Translations under genes and position numbers: made by a program
Notes under the pieces: model-generated
Seen by the model: the letters and a program-made list of their open reading frames with translations, nothing else
Databases searched by the model: none
Told to the model about the DNA's origin: nothing
Source of the DNA: Octopus sinensis
Lineage: Eukaryota
Reading direction: 5' to 3'
Assembly (NCBI RefSeq): GCF_006345805.1
Contig: NC_043000.1
Coordinates: 54,622,001 to 54,686,000, forward strand
DNA length: 64,000 bases
Shown here: positions 50,780 to 60,815 of the stretch, one piece after another
Layout: each line of letters opens with the position of its first letter
Position numbering within the stretch: the first letter of the stretch is position 1

Positions 50780-52330
50780 GTTAAAAATAGATGAAGTTTC
50801 TGCCCGTAAACCTTGGAAGTTGCCGTGTCCTGATGGTCTACCTTATGAGTTTTACAAAAGTATGCCAGACAAATTTGGGCACGTAATGGCCAGCATCTAC
50901 GCCAACTGGCAGCAGAATGGGAGAATTCCAGATCTGCGAGCCGGGAGGAGTAACGTTGATCAGAAAGAACCCGAACAAGTGTATATCATAAGTAATTTTC
51001 GGCCCATAGGCCTGATAAATACAGAGGTAAATATTTTGATCGAGGTGTTGGCAAGAAGGTTGGCGCGTGTCGTGGACAGACTTATTGGGGAGGCGCAAAC
51101 TTGCGCTATCCTGGGCAGGTCAATTCACGATAATCTCCATCTTATAGGCTACTCATGAGAAAGGGTTGGGAAAATTTTGGCAAAGGTGGAGCACTGGTGC
51201 ATTCGACCAGTCTAAAGCATTTGATAGGTTCGACCATCGGTACCTGGCGGCGATCCTCGGGGAGGCGTTTGGATTGCTGCTTTGAAAAGTGACATTGAGT
51301 CTATCGTCCGAGTTAACAGTTCTTTTCAAAACCGTTCTTTTCAAAACCGTTCAAGGTTGAACACTCTATACGCCAGATATGCCCCCTGTCACCGCTTTTG
51401 TATGTATTGGCACTTGAGCCATTGCTGCGGAAATTGGAGGCGTTAGAAGGCGTGCTGCATGATCTGTTGTGTGGAACAGAAGATACTGCGTATGCGGATA
51501 ACATCTCCGTCATCGTGTCTGAAGAAGGACAACTTCCTTACGTTGAAAACGCCATCTAAATATACGAAGGGGTGGCAGGAGCAAAGGTTGACCAGGACAA
51601 GTCGGTCGGCTTGTAACTCGGCACCTCGAGGGGCAAGTCGATGTCGTCCGACAACGTCGTGAAGCGTTGGACGCAAGGTCCGGTTAAGCTGCTAGGGGTA
51701 TGTTTCGGTCCAGATCTCCAAATAGAAAAGAATTGGAGCGCGTCACGGGCAAGGTGACATCCCTAACCCAAACCTGATCTGGACGGTCGTTATCCTCGCT
51801 AGGGAGGACGAAGATGCTGCCGATGTTCATAGCATCTGTCATCACCTACCGCTTGACCGTTGTGCCTCGCCCCGATTCCTGGCTGAAGAAGCTGGAAACA
51901 ATCTTTGTCTACTATTTCTGGAAGGAAGGAAAGCCACTTGTGAGGCGCTCAGTCTGCTGCCAAAAACAGCTAAACGGTGGGCTAGGGATTCCTTGGCTGA
52001 AGATGCGAAAATTCGCATTAAGGTTAAGTCAAGAGTACTTCCGGGACGTGGTATCAGGATAATTACCAGAAATCCTTGACTTGGCAGTGCTACAATTTAG
52101 CTTTGCCTGTTCGAGATAAGTTGTAAATGCACGGAAGTTCCGTCTCACCGACATGCTCCAGGTGCAGGCGGGACAGAGAAAATGTCTTGCACGGCTTCGT
52201 GGAGTGTCCGAAATCATCGGGACTGATAGCTTTTGTCGAGTAAATGTTGTCAACGATGGGAAGACTACAGGTATCGGCTGAGTCTATTATCAAGATCCTG
52301 CCGCCTCCTTCCCTTAACAGAGAAAGGAAG
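50780..52330 (+). pseudogene. Tx1/L1-clade LINE RT fragment
   Basis: PCPDGLPYEFYK, NFRPIGLINTEVNIL..VLARRL, QTCAILGRSIHDN, DQSKAFDRFDHRYL, CPLSPLLYVLALEPLLRKL, AYADNISVI; frameshifted. Confidence 0.88.
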
Positions 52331-52759
52331 GCTTGTTTTTTCTGCGTACTAGCCATACTGAAAGAAACGGTTTGGAAGACGCGTCTTAGAGATTTAGTGA
52401 CAGGTACCTTCGTCTCGGGCCATGGTTTGGTTAACGTATTTAGTTACCACCTCGATAGTAACATCAGGCTGGGGAAGAGATAACTGACACAGGTTATATT
52501 CGCGAAAAGATGGAAGCAAGAAATCAATAAGCTGCGAGTGACTTGAACCAGGTGAGTGAGGCTAGAAGGATATGTAAAGTTTCGAACCAGGAAGTTGGAT
52601 GCCTTTCATTAGTCACACATTGCAAAATTTGCAACGATCACCAAGTTTATATTGAAATTTTTAAAAGAAAAAACGAAGATATAATTTTCAACAGCATGGC
52701 ATATGGCGTAATGTGGGCTACTAACCCCAAGATTCCGAGTTCGATTGCAGGCAGTGTCC

Positions 52760-52761
52760 TG

Positions 52762-52819
<58 letters not shown>

Positions 52820-52834
52820 TTACTACTAATTATC

Positions 52835-52886
<52 letters not shown>

Positions 52887-52899
52887 CAATAACAACAAC
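52760..52899. repeat. (ACT)n-(AAT)n-(AAC)n compound microsatellite
   Basis: Direct inspection. Confidence 0.95.
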
Positions 52900-53045
52900 A
52901 ACATCGAAAAATACCTTAGGAATGAGAACCCAGGTTTGGAAGTTCCCCAAGACACCCGACGAAGGCTTGGGGATATATCACCCGAAACGTTGTGTTAACA
53001 AGAAACAAGATGAGGACTAATATCCATCAATTATAAATAATGTAA
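52900..53045 (+). mobile_element. Family F3 copy; HHR at 52951-52996 with U4>C (CCGACGA)
   Basis: GACAC-CCGACGA-A-GGCU..CACCC-GAAACGUU/GUGUU. Confidence 0.7.
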
Positions 53046-53169
53046 ATAATGACATATTTTATCATTCAAAACTTTTTCATACGTAATAAGCAACTTCTTC
53101 ACCCTTTATGTTTACCTGTCCTTGTTTGTCCTATCTGCGTACGGCTTCCTTAGGCAATTTATGAAATAA

Positions 53170-53325
53170 AGATGCTTGCGTTTCAACCGCATGGCTCTGG
53201 GTTCAGACCCACTGCGTGGCACTTTGGGCAAGTGTCTTCTATTATAACCTCGGGCCGACCAAATCCTTGTGAGTGGATTTCGTTGACGCAAATTAAGAGC
53301 AGCTCGTTCTATATATGTGTGTATG
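53170..53325 (+). mobile_element. tRNA-derived SINE, partial
   Basis: GGGTTCAGACCCACTGCGTGGCACTTTGGGCAAGTGTCTTCT..GGGCCGACCAAA matches the 30534-30941 family. Confidence 0.75.
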
Positions 53326-53986
53326 TGCGCGAGCGCGTGTGTGTTTGTGTGTGTGTCTCCACTTAACCACTTAATTGCTGGTCTCTATGTTCCCTCTCAT
53401 ATGTAATACAGTTAAGAGATTGTTGGACATAAGCGGCCCTTATATTCTACTCATTGTCTTATCTCCCTTACCTTTTTCCTTCCTTTCTTTTTCTTGTTTA
53501 TCTATAAACAAACCTTTTGTAATGGTTTTAACTTGTAAATTGTTTTAAATTGTTACTGACCAATGTAGAGACCGCTGAACCTGGACTTATTCCATTGTGT
53601 TCTATAGAGGGGATTCTTGGCATTAATTTCCTTTGAATAAAATTTTATTTAGCAACCTACGTCAAATTTTTAAAACTTTACTTAAGTTTAATTCCGTTCA
53701 ACAGAGATTTCACCTTTGAGAATTATATTAGTATCTTATTTACACAGAGCTTCTGAATAACTTCTTACTTTAACACCCTGACCCCACCTCCTAACTGCAC
53801 CCTCCCGTTAATAACTTGTAGTATTCCCTAGTCCTTTAATAGCTCATTCTCTCATCTACGTTCTTTCAGCTCGGATGGTAAATAATTATGTGCAATTAAC
53901 ATATTGCGATTTTAGACTATTAGTCTAAAACATGTTTTCTTACTTCTTACTCCTCCGTTTTGTTTGTATTATATGCTCTTGTTTTT

Positions 53987-54090
53987 CACTCTGATGAAGA
54001 TCAATTGCCTTAATTCGAATGCCCTATGAATATCAAGAATTTTATTCTCGCATGTATAGACAGCATTTCGATCAGAAACAGCAGTTAGCA
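53987..54090 (+). ncRNA. HHR relic with long loop II at the 3' end of a PLE-like fragment
   Basis: CACU-CUGAUGA-A-GAUC..~60 nt..GAUC-A-GAAACAGCAGUU; stem III near-palindromic (ACAGCUGU expected), stem I weak. Confidence 0.4.
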
Positions 54091-54177
54091 TTGTTATCTC
54101 TTGCTTTGTATTAATAAACAAGCTTTAAATGTGGTCCTATCGATGTACTGGTTAATCTATGTTTATCTCCATTTTCT

Positions 54178-54350
54178 AATTATTTGCATTGGTTCCTGAT
54201 AAACTCTTGTTTATCCTACTCTCACCTGCGCTCGGTGTATATGATATCCCTGCACACCATAGACCAAGGATAACACAGGTAACGGATATTGAAAATATGT
54301 GCGGATATTTCATCCCTTAGTCGGTTCCTACAACTGCTAACTCTGTTTAT

Positions 54351-54354
<4 letters not shown>
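54178..54354 (+). repeat. Dispersed repeat; inverted copy at 59201-59377
   Basis: ATTATTTGCATTGGTTCCTGATAAACTC..CAACTGCTAACTCTGTTTATATCA is the reverse complement of 59201-59377 with few differences. Confidence 0.85.
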
Positions 54355-54436
<82 letters not shown>

Positions 54437-54469
54437 ATATATATATATATTGGAGGGAAAAGACAACAC

Positions 54470-54870
54470 AAGCGAGGTAGGATGTTTATCTCAAGTCATT
54501 TAGAATATTTAAATAGAGTAAGACCAATCTGAGGTAATTAATTAATTAATTAATTATGTGGATGTCTTACAGCTGTTTCCGATATATCCTAAGTCATAGG
54601 TTAGCATCTCCATATACTGGAATATGTACGAAAGTTCTAGACAGGGAATTCGAAGTTATTTTCCTGTCTGTATTCTTCTATCTTCAATTGTATTCCTTTA
54701 TAAATTGTGAATCCCCAGTCTAGAACTTTCATACAAACTCACCTTGTGATGATGGAATACCCAGTGTATGGATATGCTAACCAATAATTAATTATTTAAT
54801 TAATTAATCACCCTAAATTCACATTATTCTAATTGAATATTGTAAATGACTTGAGATACTCGTCCCACCT
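54470..54870. repeat. Imperfect fold-back with (AATT)n tracts
   Basis: ATCTCAAGTCATTTAGAATA..(AATT)n and (AATT)n..AATATTGTAAATGACTTGAGAT, plus inner arms GGTTAGCATCTCCATATACTGG / CCAGTGTATGGATATGCTAACC. Confidence 0.75.
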
Positions 54871-55037
54871 TTGCTATTTTTATCCTTTTTTTCTCCAATA
54901 TACCTGCTACGGATCCGTAGTTCTAACCTTAGCTGTGAACTTGGAACCTAACAGGCGGCTAATTATAGCACTTACTCAGTCTACCTATTCATCTAGATCA
55001 CAAATGAACTAAACCCCTCGTATTCTCCTTCTTTCTT

Positions 55038-55076
<39 letters not shown>

Positions 55077-55492
55077 CTCTCTCTCTCTCTATATATATAT
55101 GCATATATATATATATATATATACATATATGTACTTACCTACCTCTATATGTATATATACACGCATATATGAGTACAGGACACCCCAAAAAAAAACGTCG
55201 AACACAATGAGAAACGAAAACAGACATTTTTTTAAACAAAAAAAATAGAGTAGAGGACAATTAACATAAAGAAAAAACCCCTTCTTCAGTCGCCATGGTT
55301 TCATCTACTCTACGTTTCGAAGGTGAATGCGAGACGTATCTTCGAATAAGAAACTTTCCTTCCTGCGAAAAGCAAATCAATTAAAACATACATACATGCA
55401 AACACACACGCCGCACACGCACGCACACACATATATATGTATATGTATATATGTATATATAATATATATACATGTATATATCTGTATGTATG

Positions 55493-55549
<57 letters not shown>

Positions 55550-56356
55550 TATGTAGAGGGAGATATATATATTATTCCCTCGTTAGAATAACAACTATGT
55601 AAGTACGAACTTACAAAATACATCTGAATACATTTATTTTCTTGTAATTAAACACTTTCTTACTTCCTTTGATGATTTTAGAGTTAACTTTCTCTAACAT
55701 TGCTGGAGTGTCTCTAACATTAGACTCTTAGAAAAAATTCTTTCTGGCATTAAATTATGTTTTCCACTTTCTCTGATCAAATTCTGCCAACGTTGGCCTT
55801 TGCTTTCATCATCCCACAGGTCGATATTAAAAATACTAAAAAAATTATTAATGCTTTCGAAGTCCAATCTTTCGTCGTTACACATTTGTCTACAAACCTG
55901 TGGCTTTTTGCCAAATTTAGACATCAATATTTGAACGCTCCATTTAAACTAAAATACGCAAAGTGTATTTCAGAAGTATATATATATTTTTATTTTTATT
56001 TAGAATTGTCTTGAATGATACACAGACAGCAATATGATTTATGATATGTCGCTCTGTGCTTTATGATTCTAAAACCACGTCTTGCCAAATATCAAGTTTC
56101 TTTTAAATATTTGAAAGGTCGATAAAATAAATATTGTGAAATATTAGAAATGTTTCAATAAATTGTGTCTTGCCCCAGAAGGTTTAATTACTTTGAGCAA
56201 GCCGTACTTCGTGGCAGGAGCGTGATTTCATTGACGTTTTGGGTTCAAACACTTGCGGAGTGGATTTAATAATTTTTTACTTTAACAGTGCATATATTGA
56301 CAACAAATGTTTCATCGGTGTGTTCAATTTTATATATATATATATAAATAGATGAG

Positions 56357-56645
56357 AGTATTTCCAAACTGTGCCTTAGCCTCAAATCCTTGTACTGCTG
56401 TAAGTTTCAGCATATGAGAGGCCTGTATGTAATAAATAAGACCAAAAATAATTGTCAAATGATAACTTATTGACTTACTAAGCAGATATTATACCGAAGA
56501 GAAGATTGCCTTGTTTATACCTTTTATTCTTTTGAATAAGTATCAGTGGAATTTTCGAAACATATGTAGAAAGTAAAAATACTTGTTTAAACCTGCGTTA
56601 ACTCCATTTTTTATTCATATATATATGTATATATATATATATACC

Positions 56646-56677
<32 letters not shown>

Positions 56678-56688
56678 GTGTGTGTGTG

Positions 56689-56719
<31 letters not shown>

Positions 56720-57084
56720 TGTGTGTGTGTGTGTATCTTATACAATTATATTTATATAATTATATATCTTATATAATTAAATGCGTATACGGACATATAA
56801 TCATGAATGTATTACCAATGTTAAGTGAAAGTAAATGTTTAATTTGCCTTTTTATAGGTCTTAATAGATGAATATCTTTATTTCATATATCCGTAAGATA
56901 TCTATGCTTTTCATCTCAAAAAATAATTTATTTTTGACATATCGCCAGTATTTCCAAACTGTGCCTTAGCCTCAAATCCTTGTACTGCTGTAAGTTTCAG
57001 CATATGAGAGGCCTTCATGTAATAATTAAGACCAACAATAATTGTCAAATGATAACTTATTGACTTACTAAGCAGATATTATAC
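56357..57084 (+). repeat. 138-bp direct repeats (56357-56494, 56947-57084) flanking a ~450-bp insert that begins with an HHR relic
   Basis: AGTATTTCCAAACTGTGCC..GCAGATATTATAC duplicated with offset 590; insert starts CCGAAGA-GAAGAUUGC..GGAAUUUUC-GAAACAUAUGUA. Confidence 0.85.
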
Positions 57085-59166
57085 ATACACAAACACACAC
57101 ACATACACACTCACACAGGCACACGCACATACACACACAGAAGACAAGGGAACCTTATGTGTGGAAATAAATGGTGTGTCATTGCTGGACCTCTGGATCA
57201 ATGTTCACCTGAGACTACATAAAAACATATATCGCGATGAGCTTGTAAAATACATATCATATTCTCAAAATGAGCTCATAATTCTCAATGCGTGCTATTT
57301 CTTAATTTCATCCACTCATTAGGATATTCTATTGGAAAATATTGCATATTTTTGCATCAGACGTATGAAATTTTCATTGGAAAATATAGATAGCCTTCTA
57401 GACATTACATCCAAACCAATATTGCCAGCTAATTGTTAAATATTAACTAAATCATTAGATTATATGTGTATTTTCTTCCAATTACGGAAATGAAGAATCC
57501 CTTGTAGTGTAACAAGCAATTGTCTGGATAAACGAATCTGGATATAATTTAATTATCTGCTGAGGATGCAACTAAATTATTTCATAGCCTTTGTATCTTT
57601 AACAGAAGCACACTTTCGTAGAGTGTAATCTATTATTGAGAATCCGTAAGAAAGATAATTGAACGTGCCAGTACTTTGTGAGGCGATTTTCAATGATACA
57701 ACTCATATATGTAATTCTTTCAAATAGTTACATGGATAATTAGTGTTGCTGATGTGTATGGGTTTTGATCAGAGTTTTACTGAATTTCAACAAATTAATT
57801 TAATCAACCTACAGGATACGAAATTCAGCTTCAACAAGAGCAAAAACTGAAGTTAATACGTATAGAAATTAGAAATAAAAATTTACCAAGTTAGCATAGT
57901 ACTCTGTGTTTTAAGTATTCACAGTTCTTGCATATAATATTGCCATTCTAGATTAAAATTTGTTACTAAAGATTTGACATACTATTCACATATGAAGCAA
58001 ATAATTCCGCTCTGAAATATGCAAAAAGATTTATAAATATTATTTGCTATTAGATGTATGTTACATGCCACTCTTACATTCAAATTTTATTTTAAATGTT
58101 TCTAGCAAGAACGACTGTATTTTCTGAACTTATAAGGATTTCGAATGGAAAAGTAGAACATAACTAGATAATATTTTTAAAATATTTCCAACTTAATCAT
58201 TCAATCGGAGCGTGTATCATTTTAATAGCATCTTGAGTAAAATTTAGTTTTCATTTATACATACATACTCATATAATCATACATTTATATACAAATATAT
58301 ATCCATATACATGCATATATATACATAGATATATATGCGGGTGTGGTAGGGTACAGCGTGGGTGTATGTATGTGTGCGTGTGTTTGGTTTCAATTCCGGA
58401 TGATGTGTTGCATGCTTGAGCAAGAACTTCATTTCATGTTACTCCAGACCACTAGGCCAGGTAAAATAAGTGATATTGCTTACGCCCGCCGTCCCGTTCA
58501 AGATGTTGAATATACACGCAACAAAATCCATGAAACCTGCTTTATAAACTTGTGCTCGGGAAGTACAATTGTTTTTCTTTTTTGAGTGAGTGTAATGTAT
58601 AGAATTGAAAGGTTACAAGCATGTCAATATGTGTTTGTGTGTATGTATGTGTATGAGTTTGTATAATAATTTGTATGTCTAAACTATTGTCATAAATTTC
58701 ATCCTTGCTCGCCATTGAAGATCAAATTTATTTATTCTCACTCTTCCTTTCCTGAACTGTAACACCGAGACTGAAAGATTTCTTGAATTTAAATCTAATT
58801 TATTACAGATTTCTGTGGAAATATGATCTACTCAAAGATAAAGCATGACTTTCTTTGAAGCTTTGCTATATCTCACCTCTAATTAGCTTTATCTTTACAA
58901 ATGTACCTCTGCACATTTGAATTTGTTTAACGCAGATTTACTGTATTTTTATGTACTCGGTTAATAACACCATAATGCTAAATGCATTTCGCTAGATGAT
59001 ACTAATGTGGAAGAAATAGTATTTTAATACCTCATATATTCATATGTCCTTCAGTTCATTCTGAAACTTTTGTATAATTTTTCGTTTAGACTGTCACGTT
59101 ATGTTAAAATAATGAATCATGTGTTTAGTGATACTGCAGTAAAACCTGTCTTTTTCTTCCAGTATA

Positions 59167-59199
<33 letters not shown>

Positions 59200-60710
59200 G
59201 TGATATAAACAGAGTTAGCAGTTGTAGGAACCGACTAAGGGATAAAATATCCGCACGTATTCGAAGTATCCGTTACCTGTGTTATCCTCGGACAATGGTG
59301 TGCAGGGCTATCATATACGCCGAGCGCAGGTGAGAGTAGGATAAACAAGAGTTTATCAGGAACCAATGCAAATAATTCTAGTCACACTTCTATAAGTTCA
59401 CACTGTACTTAATACCCCTTTTAAATTTATAGACGGAGAATCGTTTCTCAAACACACAGGGAAGAACAAATGTTATTTGGCGATTCAAGCTAACGCAAAT
59501 TTGCCATAGAAATAAAGAACAATAATTACATTCCATAAATACAATCTTATAACATTCATTTAACCTCGGTTGATGCATTATTAGAATATGTACTGGACGT
59601 TAGATTTAATAACATTAACTATAATACACCTGAAAATTTGTGACCTATCTTAGAAATCATATCATTATATCTATTATCAGTTTTAATAAAATAAATTTCT
59701 CTCTTTAAATGTGACAGTATATAGAATGTAATTTGACAGTATATAGTATTCTCCAATTATCAGAAATAAAATTACAATAGTAAGAATTAAAAAGAAAAGA
59801 AAAATTTCACTTTTATGCATTTATTTGTTTTATAATTTAGACAATGTAAAATTATAGATTCATCTAATTGATCAGCATTATTATTAATAACATTATCATC
59901 ATCATCATCGTAATTCCTCGTTAATATGTAGTAATACGTGTCTTAAGAAAATGTATACCTACGGTTAATTTTATAAAGAGCAAACTCCTCAAACTAGAAT
60001 CAATACATTTTTCACTCGTTAAAAAAAGATTACGGTGCTTGAAGATTTTCCTATATAAAGTGTATCTGTTCTGAGCCAGGCATCTTGAAATATGTAGCGT
60101 TTTCTTTTTGCTGCAACTTTAAGTTAATATCAAAGTAAGTGAAACAAAGGTGAAGTAAAGAACAATGTTAGTAAGTACTTCCTTACATATGAATATTAAG
60201 AAACAAGGAAGAGTGAAAGACGCCATTTTATCTAAGAATCTAACGGTTAGTTACTCAGTAATTCGAGCACTAATCAAGGAAACTAAAATTATACAGCTTA
60301 AGCATTTGAAAGTCATAACGAGATGAACAATTATATTGATTAGTATAATTTCTTCAGTCGACACGATACTGTTTGTAGTTTTATTCAAAATATGATTTGA
60401 CTGTCTATAATGTTAATATTTATTGTTGCAATGTTAAAAGAGCCGGCAGCAATAAAGTGTATATACAGGTTAATGATAATGACTATGTTCGTGATCATCA
60501 TTTTAACATTCTCAAGATCATTATCATCATTACAGTCTTCACTTTCAGAATTACGGAGAGTTTATAAATATAAGGGAGAATTAATTAAAGCCTATATGTA
60601 TGTGTGTAAGGCTCATGTCGACAGATACGGCGCTTCGAGGCTGTTGTCTGTTATGATAATATTTTATTTGAGATGTGTCTCTACATATTTGCAATTATTA
60701 TTATTAATAA

Positions 60711-60714
<4 letters not shown>

Positions 60715-60751
<37 letters not shown>

Positions 60752-60815
60752 CCATCATCATCACCAACATCATCATCATCATCATTATCATCATCATCAT
60801 CATAATCATCATCAT
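60715..60815. repeat. (CAT)n microsatellite
   Basis: Direct inspection. Confidence 0.95.

Noticed and set aside
55280-55375. Minus-strand GAAGG..CCUUC-GAAACGUA/GAGU HHR-like fold
   Set aside because: The core position reads UUCGCAG, far from CUGANGA; the nearby CUGAAGA cannot close stem I.
60320-60365. Minus-strand CUGAAGA followed by a 7-bp AAUUAUA/UAUAAUU stem
   Set aside because: GUUC replaces GAAA; an AT-rich stem is expected by chance.
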